DNA of 64,000 bases, taken from Eubacteriales bacterium (lineage in GTDB: Bacteria; Bacillota; Clostridia; Oscillospirales; CAG-272). Shown here piece by piece: positions 42,915 to 52,763 of this stretch; within the stretch, counting starts at the first letter, position 1, and each line of letters begins with the position of its first letter. The translations under genes and the position numbers were made by a program. Under the pieces are notes generated by a model, which ran no database searches, was not told the origin of the DNA, and saw only the letters and a list, made by a program, of their open reading frames with translations. Where the stretch lies: the NCBI GenBank assembly GCA_045542275.1, contig JAZQKP010000016.1:5576-69575 (forward strand). The letters are read 5' to 3'.

Positions 42915-44351
42915 TTAGCACTCTTTAAGCACTCTTATATAAAATTCTACCGATTTTGCAATGCTTTCCACTCTTATTCTTTCGTTGTTGCCATGGATAG
43001 ATTTTCTTTCCTCGCTTGTAAGGTCCATAGCGCTGAATCTGTACACTCTGTCGCTGATTTTACCGTAATGACGGCTATCGGAGCATTGTACCATAAGGTA
43101 AGGAGAAACAAGGGCGCCCTCCCATGTAGATGCAACAGCCCTTTCCACAATCTTGTATTCACGGCAGTCGGTACGGGAGATACGGCTTGGGTTAATGCCC
43201 TTAAGCTTCTTTATCTCAACATTATCATTTTTAACGGTTTTCTTAATGTATTCAAGGGCGCTATCCATAGTATCCATAGGATTAAGACGGATATTTGACA
43301 CCATTGTTGCCTCAGTAGGCACTACGTTTGATGCGTTGCTGCCCTGCATCTTGGTAAATGCAACGGTTGTACGCATAAGTGCGTTGACCTCGCCTCCGCT
43401 TGACTTACAAATCTTATCAAGTAAGCCACCAAAGCACCAGAGATTTGAGAAAATCATCTTATATGCAAAGGTGGAGTATCTGCCAAGGGTATCAAACATT
43501 TCAGCCACAGGGGCGGTCAAATGCGCCTTAAAGGGCTTGTTTTCCATATTACAGCAAGCCTGTGAAAGAACGCCCACAGGAGTGTGAGGAGCAGGTGCAG
43601 ATGCGTGGCCACCGTTAGTTTCCACCTTATATTCCACATCCATCATACCCTTTTCGGCAATACCGATAAGTCCGCAGGGAGCCTTGACACCGGGGAACAC
43701 GTTAGCTACTACTGCGCCACCCTCATCAATTACCAAGCCAACATCTATATGATTTTCTTCGAAATAGTCTACAATATTAACAGCACCCTTACCGTTTATC
43801 TCCTCGCCACCGGAAAAGGCGAAATACACATCATGCTCAGGGGTGAAGCCCTCCGAAATAAGATGGTCGGCTGAGGTAAGCACGGCATTGAAGGTTGCCT
43901 TTGTATCAAGAGTGCCACGTCCCCAAAGAACTCCGTCCTCGATAACACCGCCAAAGGGGTCCTTTTCCCATTTGCTTTCATCTACGGGAACTACATCGTA
44001 GTGGGACATCATTACTGAGGCTGTGCCCTCGCTTTTGCCCTTCCATTTAAAGAGCAGGGCTCTGTCGGGCAAGGTCATATACTCACATTTTGCAAAAACA
44101 TTGGGATAAAGCTCCGGAAGCTTATTAATAAGCCCCTGAAATTCACCGTCGTCCTCAAGGGAGCTGTCCTGATATGAAATTGTCTTGAATTTAACAAGGG
44201 TCTGAAGATTGGAAATCGCCTTGTCCTTATCAAAAACAACCTCTGTTTTATCCACGTCCACCGACTTTTTCGGCTTAAAGGTAAGGGTTCGCACAAGAAT
44301 TACCCCAAGAAAAAGGGCAATCACACCTAAAGCACCGTACAAAACGTACAT
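42915..44351 (-). CDS. M20-family metallopeptidase with an N-terminal membrane anchor
   Basis: N-terminal TM helix. MSHYDVVPV, GRGTLDTKA and SGGEE motifs of the M20/M25/M40 family. Confidence 0.85.
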   Translation of the reverse strand: MYVLYGALGVIALFLGVILVRTLTFKPKKSVDVDKTEVVFDKDKAISNLQTLVKFKTISYQDSSLEDDGEFQGLINKLPELYPNVFAKCEYMTLPDRALLFKWKGKSEGTASVMMSHYDVVPVDESKWEKDPFGGVIEDGVLWGRGTLDTKATFNAVLTSADHLISEGFTPEHDVYFAFSGGEEINGKGAVNIVDYFEENHIDVGLVIDEGGAVVANVFPGVKAPCGLIGIAEKGMMDVEYKVETNGGHASAPAPHTPVGVLSQACCNMENKPFKAHLTAPVAEMFDTLGRYSTFAYKMIFSNLWCFGGLLDKICKSSGGEVNALMRTTVAFTKMQGSNASNVVPTEATMVSNIRLNPMDTMDSALEYIKKTVKNDNVEIKKLKGINPSRISRTDCREYKIVERAVASTWEGALVSPYLMVQCSDSRHYGKISDRVYRFSAMDLTSEERKSIHGNNERIRVESIAKSVEFYIRVLKEC

Positions 44352-44491
44352 TTTTTATCCTCCTTATATCTGCCTTTTGCTTTACCACAGCAGAAAATTT
44401 TAGAAAAACACTTGAAATTAAACTTCTTTTATTCTATTATATTATTACAAGCTTTAAAATTCAAGATGAAAATGGAATTTGAGGTATTTTT

Positions 44492-45952
44492 ATGGATATT
44501 AGTAAAAGACATTTAACACTTCTTTGTGATTTCTATGAGCTCACAATGGCAAACGGCTATCTCACATCAGGTCTTAAGGACCAGATTGCATACTTTGATG
44601 TGTTCTTCCGTAAGGTTCCTGACGGAGGTGGATACGCAATCGCAGCAGGTCTTGAGCAGATAATCGAATATGTTAAGTCCGTTCACTTTGATGATGACGA
44701 TATTGAATGCTTACGTAAGAAAAATATCTTTAGTGAGGAGTTTCTTGACTATCTCCGTTCATTCCGTTTCACAGGCGATATCTGGGCTGTTCCCGAGGGT
44801 ACTGTTGTATTCCCTCATGAGCCTATTATGACTGTACGCGCTCCCGCACCTGAGGCGCAGTTTATTGAAACCTTTGTTCTTCTTATATTCAACCACCAGT
44901 GCCTTATGGCAACTAAGGCATCAAGAATTGTAAGGGCTGCAAACGGCAGAGCCGTATCTGAGTTTGGCTCACGCAGAGCCCACGGTCCCGATGCTGCCAT
45001 CTACGGCGCAAGGGCTGCCTATATCGGTGGCTGTAACTCTACTGCCTGCACTATTGCAGAGCAGATGTTCGGTATCCCCGCAGGCGGAACAATGGCACAC
45101 GCATGGGTACAGATGTTTGACTCTGAATATGAGGCATTTAAAACCTACTGTCAGCTTTATCCCAACAACTGCACTCTTCTTATAGACACATACAGCGTTC
45201 TTGAAAGTGGCTTGCCTAACGCAATCAAGGTATTTAAGGAGTTTCTTACTCCCGAGCAGATAAAGCGTGCAGCTATCCGTCTTGACTCCGGTGATATTAC
45301 CTACCTTTCAAAGAAGTGCCGTAAGATTCTTGACGAAAACGGACTTACAGATGTTAAGATTCTTGTTTCCAACTCACTTGACGAATATATTATCCGTGAT
45401 ATTATTATGCAGGGTGCTAAGGTTGACGCATTTGGCGTTGGTGAGCGTCTTATCACCTCTAAGAGTGAGCCTGTTTTCGGCTGTGTATACAAGCTTTGTG
45501 CAGTTGAGGACAAGGACGGAAATCTTATACCTAAGATTAAAATCAGCGAAAACGCTGCTAAGATTACTAACCCCGACTTTAAGGACCTTTACAGATTCTA
45601 CTCCAAGGATACAGGCAAGGCAGAGGCTGACCTCCTTACTCTTCACGGTGAGGCTATAGATGAGAATGAGGACTATGAGCTCTTTGACCCCAACCACATC
45701 TGGAAGAGAAAGACCATGACAAATTACACATTAAGAAAGCTTCTCGTTCCTATTTTCAAGAACGGCGAATGTGTATATAACAGCCCCAGCGTGTCCGAAA
45801 TCCGTGACTACTGCAAGAAGGAAATCGAATCCATGTGGGATGAGGTTCTCCGCTTTGAGAATCCTCATAACTACTACGTTGACTTGTCACAGGATTTGTG
45901 GGATGAGAAAACAATGCTTCTTCGCGGTCGTGGAAGAATTATTAAAAAGTAA
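44492..45952 (+). CDS. pncB: Nicotinate phosphoribosyltransferase
   Basis: 486 aa. The N-terminus LLCDFYELTMANGY and the EFGSRRAHG motif are typical of NAPRTase. Confidence 0.9.
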   Translation: MDISKRHLTLLCDFYELTMANGYLTSGLKDQIAYFDVFFRKVPDGGGYAIAAGLEQIIEYVKSVHFDDDDIECLRKKNIFSEEFLDYLRSFRFTGDIWAVPEGTVVFPHEPIMTVRAPAPEAQFIETFVLLIFNHQCLMATKASRIVRAANGRAVSEFGSRRAHGPDAAIYGARAAYIGGCNSTACTIAEQMFGIPAGGTMAHAWVQMFDSEYEAFKTYCQLYPNNCTLLIDTYSVLESGLPNAIKVFKEFLTPEQIKRAAIRLDSGDITYLSKKCRKILDENGLTDVKILVSNSLDEYIIRDIIMQGAKVDAFGVGERLITSKSEPVFGCVYKLCAVEDKDGNLIPKIKISENAAKITNPDFKDLYRFYSKDTGKAEADLLTLHGEAIDENEDYELFDPNHIWKRKTMTNYTLRKLLVPIFKNGECVYNSPSVSEIRDYCKKEIESMWDEVLRFENPHNYYVDLSQDLWDEKTMLLRGRGRIIKK

Positions 45953-45977
45953 TTTAGCCGACAAAGAAATATCTAAA

Positions 45978-46010
45978 CAAAAACAGCCACGTGAGTGGCT
46001 GTTTTTTTGT
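45978..46010. terminator. Bidirectional rho-independent terminator
   Basis: Stem ACAGCCAC / GTGGCTGT with loop GTGA, flanked by an A-run and a T-run. Confidence 0.8.
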
Positions 46011-46595
46011 TTATTTAGACTCTTTTTCCTTGGGTGGACGCTTTTTCTTTACTGAAAAGCCGAATTTGCCGATTCTCTGTCCAAGCTTATAATATTCGCC
46101 GTGGGCATAGGCGCAAAGGTGGGCACGGTTAATGCAAAGCTTATTCTTCTCAATAAGCCTTTCATCTACGTTTACACCTACAATATCGGCAACAAACATA
46201 TCGTGAGTACCGAGAGGCACAATATCCGTAACCTTACATTCAATGGCGATGGGAGCTTCGGCTATCATGGGGCAATCAAGGTTTGGCGCTTTTTCACGGG
46301 TTAAGCCATACTTTGCAAACTTGTCAACCTTTCTGCCTGTAAGCATTCCACAGCCGTCAGCTGCCTTGGCAAGTGCGTCTGAGGTAAGGTTTATAACAAA
46401 CTCCCTCTTTTCCTTGATTATATCATAGGAATACCTTTCAGGGCGAACCGAAATATAGGTTTTGGCGGGGGTAGTGTTTAAAATTCCACACCAGCCGATA
46501 GTAATTATATTAGAGCTTTTCATATCTCCGCAGCTTACCATTACTACAGGTAACGGGGCAAGGAGGGCTCCGCTTTTCCAATTTACTTTAGCCAT
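46011..46595 (-). CDS. Flavin reductase-like (FMN-binding split-barrel) protein
   Basis: 194 aa. LAPLPVVMVSCGD...NIITIGWCG pattern of the flavin reductase domain family. Confidence 0.8.
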   Translation of the reverse strand: MAKVNWKSGALLAPLPVVMVSCGDMKSSNIITIGWCGILNTTPAKTYISVRPERYSYDIIKEKREFVINLTSDALAKAADGCGMLTGRKVDKFAKYGLTREKAPNLDCPMIAEAPIAIECKVTDIVPLGTHDMFVADIVGVNVDERLIEKNKLCINRAHLCAYAHGEYYKLGQRIGKFGFSVKKKRPPKEKESK

Positions 46596-46610
46596 AAGAT
46601 TCTCCTTTCA

Positions 46611-46837
46611 GGCAATTCATTGGCTTGATTTGTCGGATTTGATGAATTGACACTCCGTGTCATAAATTCTCACTTCATTCCATGAATTCTCGCTTCGCTC
46701 CGTGAATTGAATTGCCTATCCCATGCACCGCAGTGCAATTCATGCTTTGCAATTCATGGCGTAAGCCAATTCATGCCGCAAGGCAATTCATGCCGCAAGG
46801 CAATTCATTGGCTTGATTTGACTTGTCAAATCAAGCC
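46611..46837 (-). repeat. ATGAATTG/CAATTCAT composite repeat, family 1, copy 2 (inverted relative to copies 1 and 3)
   Basis: By eye, most positions match the reverse complement of 53914-54086. Carries an extra GCCGCAAGGCAATTCAT unit. Bounded by an identical 22-bp direct repeat GGCAATTCATTGGCTTGATTTG at 46611-46632 and 46799-46820. Confidence 0.8.
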
Positions 46838-47497
46838 TTTCTTATACATAATACGAGCCACGATAAGTGTAAAGATAACACCTACGGGAACCATAATGCC
46901 TACTGTACCCGAATTAAGTGCGGGGATAGAGATAAAGAGGGCGAGCATAAGAATGATAGGCGCAATTGCAAGCTTAACATTCTTAGAAATAAATACTACG
47001 CCAAGTCCACCGAAAAGCGCAGGAAGCATCTGTTCAAATGCAGGGGTAAGCACAGGGGACTCAAGAATAGGTGTCAAGGGGATAATAAGAATTACACCGA
47101 GGATTACTATAACTGTTGTTACAATGCTGGACACAGCAATAGAGATAGTGGAGATGATTTCTCCCTCCTCAGAGTTAGCCTTAACCTCAGCCTTTTCCAT
47201 TGCGTCAAGGGCGCAAGGAAGCTTAAGGTTGGAAATATTACCTGTTACAAAGGAAAGGTACGCACCGCCTGCGCCAAGCATAGGCACATAGGTAATAACC
47301 TCAACAACGCCAACTGCCCAGTACATAGGAGCAACGGCAAGAACGCCCTTTGCAAGTGCGCCCCAGTCGGGAACTGCGCTGAAGATAAGCGAAAGCACTA
47401 CGGGGAACAGGAACAAAACAGCAAGAATGCTAAAGCCCCAGATTCTACCGTCACGGTGAACGGAATCAAGATAAGTCATTTCTTTTTTGTTATCCAT
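46826..47497 (-). CDS. Polytopic membrane protein, function unknown
   Basis: 223 aa, multiple hydrophobic helices. The overlapping plus-strand ORFs 46707..47291 and 46823..47518 are shadows. Confidence 0.6.
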   Translation of the reverse strand: MDNKKEMTYLDSVHRDGRIWGFSILAVLFLFPVVLSLIFSAVPDWGALAKGVLAVAPMYWAVGVVEVITYVPMLGAGGAYLSFVTGNISNLKLPCALDAMEKAEVKANSEEGEIISTISIAVSSIVTTVIVILGVILIIPLTPILESPVLTPAFEQMLPALFGGLGVVFISKNVKLAIAPIILMLALFISIPALNSGTVGIMVPVGVIFTLIVARIMYKKGLI

Positions 47498-47509
47498 AAT
47501 ACCCTCCTA

Positions 47510-48244
47510 TCAGCCTAACCACGCTGTTACGGGAATGGCGATTGCCATGCCGCAAACCAAGCTAATGGGAAGTGCGTAGTCGTTGAGCCATCTCTGCTTA
47601 AGCTTAATAGCGCATACGCCGCAGACAGCCATTACAATAGCAGATGCAAAGAATACAACAACAGGGATAAGACCGCTTGTGTCGCCCTTGAATACATTTG
47701 CCACATCACAGAATACAAAGCCGAGGAATGCAGAAATCATACCAAGGAACATTGCGTTAGTAAAGATTTCACGCCATTTCTTGTCGGATTGCTCGATTTT
47801 TGCCATACCGTTCTGGATTTTTTTAGCCAAAAGGGGTGTAAGAAGAAGTCCTGCCGCAATACCGAAGGTCATAACCCACACTACTGTTACGTATACGTTT
47901 GGGTCGGTAATTACCTGTGACAAATCTATGCCAAAGGCTGCAAGGGCTCTTTCTGCTGCAATGGTTTCATAGGAAAGTGAACCGATTACAGAAAGGCGAA
48001 GCCAGGGCAACGGAATGCCAAGGCTGACGGAAAGTGCAACTACACCTACAAGTATGGATACTGCAGGGGCAATGGTGAAAACTGCCGATGAAATCATAGT
48101 TTTCTTGATTTTTGCCATATCCATTCCCTTTTCCTTTGCGCGCCTTAGGGCTCTTAAAAGGAAATAAACGGACTGTGCAATAACAGCGGCAATTATAAGT
48201 CCCACCATTACAAATATAATGGGGTGATTTACTCTGAAGTCCAT
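47510..48244 (-). CDS. Polytopic membrane protein, function unknown (partner of the downstream membrane protein)
   Basis: 244 aa, multiple TM helices. Separated from the next gene by 12 nt. Confidence 0.6.
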   Translation of the reverse strand: MDFRVNHPIIFVMVGLIIAAVIAQSVYFLLRALRRAKEKGMDMAKIKKTMISSAVFTIAPAVSILVGVVALSVSLGIPLPWLRLSVIGSLSYETIAAERALAAFGIDLSQVITDPNVYVTVVWVMTFGIAAGLLLTPLLAKKIQNGMAKIEQSDKKWREIFTNAMFLGMISAFLGFVFCDVANVFKGDTSGLIPVVVFFASAIVMAVCGVCAIKLKQRWLNDYALPISLVCGMAIAIPVTAWLG

Positions 48245-48254
48245 ATTCTACCTC

Positions 48255-48548
48255 TTATTCTTCGTCGTCAAGAAGCTTATAATACTCCTCAAAAATCTTT
48301 TCTGCCAAATCAAAATCGTCAATTATTTCAAGGCAATCCTCATCCTCGTTAATCTCGAAAACGAATGCCTCATCCTCGCTGACACCCTCAATTTCAGTCA
48401 CAGGGTGGAGGATTGCGTAATATTTCTCCTGAAAATCAACAACTGCAACCTGCTCAAACTCGGTCTTATTGTCGTCCTCATCATAGAGAATAATGTTCTC
48501 GTTGTTATCAGCCTCAAAAAGCTTGTCTACAAATTTCTTCTCTGCCAT
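48255..48548 (-). CDS. DUF1292-like small acidic protein
   Basis: 97 aa from the ATG at 48548 (MAEKKF...). The pattern IILYDEDDNKTEFEQVAVVDFQEKYYAILHP...FVFEI is typical of DUF1292. Confidence 0.7.
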   Translation of the reverse strand: MAEKKFVDKLFEADNNENIILYDEDDNKTEFEQVAVVDFQEKYYAILHPVTEIEGVSEDEAFVFEINEDEDCLEIIDDFDLAEKIFEEYYKLLDDEE

Positions 48549-48573
48549 AATATTATCCTTCTTTCTGTTTTTT

Positions 48574-48664
48574 AGCCGTCCTCTTTGAGGAAGGGGGACC
48601 ACGTTAGTGGTGGAAGAAGTTACTCACCCACCTGCTACGCAGGAGCCCCCTCGGTGAGGGAGCC
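48574..48664. repeat. Intergenic structured repeat, family 2, copy C (right module)
   Basis: AGTTACTCACCCACCTGCTACGCAGGAGCCCCCTCGGTGAGGGAGCC aligns with 60753-60799. Lies between the dnaB stop and the DUF1292 start. Confidence 0.6.
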
Positions 48665-48669
48665 TATAT

Positions 48670-50001
48670 TTATCTTTCAACGGAGCTCTCATCAAGGGTG
48701 GAGAACTTTGTGTACTGACCAAGCCAGCTCATCTGTACTGTTCCTACGTTACCGTGACGGTTTTTAGCAAGAATAACATCCACAAGGTTCGCCTTTTCGG
48801 GGTCGTCACCGTAATAGTCACGGGAGAGGAACATAACCATATCTGCGTCCTGCTCAATAGAGCCTGACTCACGAAGGTCGGAAAGCATAGGCTTTTTATG
48901 CTCCTTTTCTGTGGAACGGGAAAGCTGTGCACATACAATTACGGGAACGTTAAGCTCCTTTGCCATAATCTTAAGACCACGGGAGATTTCACCAACCTGA
49001 TTTACACGGCTTGGGTCGTTCTTCCTTTCGGACTGCATAAGCTGAAGATAGTCAACCACCACAAGTCCAAGGTTCTTGACACGGCGAAGCTTCGCCTTCA
49101 TTGATGTAACTGTAATGCTGGGGTTTGCGTCTATAAGAATATCTGTTTCGGAAAGCTCTGAGGTTGCATTTGCAATCTTCTCCCAGTCGTCAGCGCTCAG
49201 GTTCCCCTGTCTTAGCTTCTGGGAATCTACAAGCGCCTCAGAGGAGATAACTCTCTGTACAAGCTGCTCTGCTGCCATTTCAAGATTGAAAATAGCAACA
49301 GCCTTTTTCTTTCTCTTGGCAATGTTGGTGGCGATATTAAGCACAAAGGCTGTCTTACCTACACCGGGACGTGCGCCTACAATTATAAGGTCGCTTTTGC
49401 CAAAGCCCACAATATACTGGTCAAGACCTGAGAAGCCACTCTTTAAGCCCATGACCTCCTCAGTTGCGCCGTCCTTAAGAATATTAAGACGGTCATAAAT
49501 ATTAAAGATTACATCCTTGATATGCTGAAAGTCGGATCTTTCATTATTACCTGCAATATCGTAGATGCTCTGCTCAGCGTAGTCTACAATATGGGAAACG
49601 TTTTCTCCCTCTGTGTAAACCTTTTCCTGAATATCGTCTGTAACCTCAATCAGCCTACGGAGTATGCTTTTATCGTGAACGATTTTGGCATAGTCCTTTG
49701 CGTTTGCGCTGCCGGGGACAATATCGGCAATTACTCTTATGTAGCTTCTTGCCGCAGCCTCATCAGCGTATACGCCCTTTACCACAAGCTGATTTATAAG
49801 AGTAACAAGGTCAATATCTCTGCCTGCAAGATTGAATTCGTGCATTATGGAAAAGATGTCCTTATGCTCCTCAATATAAAAATCGTCAGCCTTGATAATC
49901 TGGGCAACATCGTCGTAGCATCTTGGGTCTATAAGTACAGAGCCGAGGACAGACTGCTCTGCCTCTACGGAAAAGGGTATCTTTCTCTGCATTCCGTCCA
50001 T
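48670..50001 (-). CDS. dnaB: Replicative DNA helicase
   Basis: 443 aa. N-terminus PFSVEAEQSVLGSVL, Walker A GARPGVGKTAF, DYLQLM and the RecA-like C-terminus. Confidence 0.92.
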   Translation of the reverse strand: MDGMQRKIPFSVEAEQSVLGSVLIDPRCYDDVAQIIKADDFYIEEHKDIFSIMHEFNLAGRDIDLVTLINQLVVKGVYADEAAARSYIRVIADIVPGSANAKDYAKIVHDKSILRRLIEVTDDIQEKVYTEGENVSHIVDYAEQSIYDIAGNNERSDFQHIKDVIFNIYDRLNILKDGATEEVMGLKSGFSGLDQYIVGFGKSDLIIVGARPGVGKTAFVLNIATNIAKRKKKAVAIFNLEMAAEQLVQRVISSEALVDSQKLRQGNLSADDWEKIANATSELSETDILIDANPSITVTSMKAKLRRVKNLGLVVVDYLQLMQSERKNDPSRVNQVGEISRGLKIMAKELNVPVIVCAQLSRSTEKEHKKPMLSDLRESGSIEQDADMVMFLSRDYYGDDPEKANLVDVILAKNRHGNVGTVQMSWLGQYTKFSTLDESSVER

Positions 50002-50002
50002 T

Positions 50003-50449
50003 TTATTTCTCCGTTACCGTAACATTGAATTTACCGCTGATATCGGCATAGAGCTTAAGCTCTATTTTGTATGTGCCGAATGCTTTAATGGGGCTGTCAA
50101 GAAGAATCTTACGCTTATCTGCCTCAATTCCTGCCTGAGCCTTAAGGGCCTCTGCAATATCCTTAGAGGTAATAGCGCCGTAGAATCTTCCGTCGGCGCC
50201 AGCCTCAGCTGTAAGCTTTACTGTAGTTTCGGAAAGCTTCTTTGCAAGGGCTCTTGCATTTTCTCTCTCCACCTCTTCTCTGTGCTTGGCAGAGGACTGC
50301 TTGCTCTTAATATCATTAATTACCTTTGCATCGGCAGGCACAGCCAGCTTCTTAGGGAAAAGGAAATTTCTTGCGTATCCGTCAGATACCTCAACTATCT
50401 GGTCCTTTTTGCCCTGTGCCTTTACATCCTGTAATAATACAACCTTCAT
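50003..50449 (-). CDS. rplI: 50S ribosomal protein L9
   Basis: MKVVLLQDVKAQGKKDQIVEVSDGYARNFLFPKKLA is the canonical L9 N-terminus. 148 aa. Confidence 0.92.
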   Translation of the reverse strand: MKVVLLQDVKAQGKKDQIVEVSDGYARNFLFPKKLAVPADAKVINDIKSKQSSAKHREEVERENARALAKKLSETTVKLTAEAGADGRFYGAITSKDIAEALKAQAGIEADKRKILLDSPIKAFGTYKIELKLYADISGKFNVTVTEK

Positions 50450-50455
50450 TTTACC

Positions 50456-52462
50456 TTAATCCTCCGGGTCTAAATATTTATCAATAGCATCCTTAAGCAT
50501 AAGAAGCGCCTGCTGCATACCGTTTCTTACAACGGCACCTGCCGCATCGTAACGTCCACCGCCGTTCAAGGACTCAAGGATAAGCTGAACATTGACTGTA
50601 CCGTTGGAACGGGCAGACACGTGTACGCTGTCTCCAATCTGAACAAGGGCAAAGGATGCCACAACCTCCTCTACCATAAGGAGATTGTCTGCTACTCTTG
50701 ATGCAAGAATTTTATCCCCTGCATCAGAGCCGAATTCGTTTACTGCAATTGCCATACAATGGCGATAGATCTCTATCTTCTGACCGAACATAGACTCCTG
50801 CTTGTAGTCTGCGATGTTGGCCTTGAAAAGATCCTGAATATCATCATAGGACGCACCGTTATCACGAAGATACATTGCCGCAGCAAAGGTCTTTGTACCT
50901 GCGCCCTTGGTGAAGTTTCTTGTATCAAGAGTAATACCTGCAAGAAGCATATTTGCTTCAACAGGTGTAAGAAGCGACTCCTGAAGTGTGAAGTCAAGCA
51001 TTTCGGAAACAAGCTCACTTGCGCTGGAGGCAGAGGGCTCAATAAGCTCAAATATAGGCTTTCTTGTAAATTCCGATGCCTTTCTGTGGTGGTCAATAAC
51101 TGCCACCTTGTATACGTTATCGTAAATATCGGGGGCTTCAAACATGGCAGGGTTGTTAACGTCTGTAAGGATAAGAAGAGTTTCTGAGGAAACCATATCA
51201 AGTCCTGTTGCAGCGTCGATAAACATTCCCTTGTAAACCTTGTTATCGCCGATAATCTTCATACATTTTTTAACGTTGGGGTTTTTAAAATCGGTAACTA
51301 TATTTACCTTAACTCCGCAGTACATAGCAAGACGGGCAAGTCCCACAGATGCGCCAAAGGCATCGTAGTCGGGGAACTTATGCGCCATAATAATCACGTT
51401 TGATGCTGCGGCAATAAGGGCAAGAATCTCCGTAGATGCTACACGGGTAAATACCTTTGTTCTCTTCTGGAGAGAGTTTGTAAGTCCACCGTAGAACTCA
51501 ATCTTGTCGCCGTACTTAACTACTGCCTGGTCGCCACCGCGCTGAAGCGCCATATCAAGCGCCACGTGGGCAGCCTTTTCCTTGTCGGACAGGTCTCCGT
51601 TTACCTTACCTACACCGATAGAAACGGTAATTGGCACCTTGCCGTTACCAACACGGATTTCTCTTACCTTGTCAAGTATCTCAAATTTTTCCTTGGTAAA
51701 TACCTCAAGGTCCTTGTTTTTAAACATAAAGAGATATTTATCTCTTTCATACTCCTTAAGCACGCCGCCAACGCTTGCAGACCACTCACGAAGAAGCTGC
51801 TCAACCTCTGCGGCGCTTTCACGGTATCTCTCCTGCTCAAACTGCATAAGCTCCTCAAGGTTATCAATGATGATATAGGCGCAAACCTCATCCTCATCCT
51901 TGATGTAATTTTTAAGCTCCACAGTCTCTGTAATATCTCTGAATTTAAGAAGATAGTAAACAGTATCGTTGCTCCTTATCTTTGTGGGCTCAAGAGAATA
52001 GTGCTTATTGTCGAGAATAACCTCAGAGGGATATTTTCTTTCCTCACCCTCCTTGATTTCTCCAAACTCCATCACGTTCTCAAGCTTAGCGCCGAGAAGT
52101 GAGGATGTACCGGAGATTTCCGCAGCAAAGCGATTGAACCAGATTATCTTGTTTCTTTCGTCGCAGATAAGGGCAGGCTCCTTTGCCGTATTTACGGTAT
52201 CATACATTATAGTACCAAGCATAGGTCCTGAGATTTTGCCTACCTCGGCTTTCTTTTTTATATAGTCAAAAAGCTTGAATATACCCACACATGCAGCCAC
52301 ATAAATAAGCGTGGTAATAAGAGAAATAAGTAATACTCTCTCAGGGTGCCGTATTGCAACGGTTGCAGCAACAAGGAATGCACCTAAGCCAAGTACACCG
52401 CAGGCAGCACATCCGTAAGCCCTCAAAAGCAGCTTTTTAACCTTTCTTTGTTTATTATACAT
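50456..52462 (-). CDS. gdpP: GdpP/YybT-type DHH/DHHA1 phosphodiesterase (cyclic-di-AMP phosphodiesterase family)
   Basis: Two N-terminal TM helices, a PAS-like region, a degenerate GGDEF-like region, then DHH (AVIDHHR) and DHHA1 (GGGRYDAAG-like) motifs. Conserved yybT-rplI-dnaB(C) synteny. Confidence 0.85.
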   Translation of the reverse strand: MYNKQRKVKKLLLRAYGCAACGVLGLGAFLVAATVAIRHPERVLLISLITTLIYVAACVGIFKLFDYIKKKAEVGKISGPMLGTIMYDTVNTAKEPALICDERNKIIWFNRFAAEISGTSSLLGAKLENVMEFGEIKEGEERKYPSEVILDNKHYSLEPTKIRSNDTVYYLLKFRDITETVELKNYIKDEDEVCAYIIIDNLEELMQFEQERYRESAAEVEQLLREWSASVGGVLKEYERDKYLFMFKNKDLEVFTKEKFEILDKVREIRVGNGKVPITVSIGVGKVNGDLSDKEKAAHVALDMALQRGGDQAVVKYGDKIEFYGGLTNSLQKRTKVFTRVASTEILALIAAASNVIIMAHKFPDYDAFGASVGLARLAMYCGVKVNIVTDFKNPNVKKCMKIIGDNKVYKGMFIDAATGLDMVSSETLLILTDVNNPAMFEAPDIYDNVYKVAVIDHHRKASEFTRKPIFELIEPSASSASELVSEMLDFTLQESLLTPVEANMLLAGITLDTRNFTKGAGTKTFAAAMYLRDNGASYDDIQDLFKANIADYKQESMFGQKIEIYRHCMAIAVNEFGSDAGDKILASRVADNLLMVEEVVASFALVQIGDSVHVSARSNGTVNVQLILESLNGGGRYDAAGAVVRNGMQQALLMLKDAIDKYLDPED

Positions 52463-52674
52463 TAAGGAATTCCTCCTAAAATTATAAAGATATTTATATA
52501 ATTATAACAGAAATTTTAATAAAATGCAATACATAGAGCCGAAAAACAGCAAAGTAGTAAAAAAGTGCCGCCACGTGTCTGTTTTTTCGGATATGTATCT
52601 TTGATTTGTCTGCAAAAATCAAGAGAATACAAAAATAAGCTGTCGCAAGCACACACGTATTATAATATTTACTC

Positions 52675-52703
52675 TTGCAACTAAATCAAAATTATGATAT
52701 ACT
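52675..52703 (+). promoter_or_regulatory. Candidate sigma-A promoter with an extended -10
   Basis: TTGCAA, a 17-nt spacer, then TGATATACT (TGn extended -10), about 60 nt upstream of the ATG at 52764. Confidence 0.5.
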
Positions 52704-52763
52704 TAGTACAATGGGAAGTATTAGCAGATTATAGCTCTGCTATTTCATACATTGGAGGTAGTT

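Noticed and set aside
46707-47518. Plus-strand ORFs 46707..47291 and 46823..47518 (194 and 231 aa)
   Set aside because: They start inside the family-1 repeat (translated as MNCLSHAPQCNSC...) and then read antisense through the reverse-strand membrane protein gene. There is no RBS and the composition is not protein-like.
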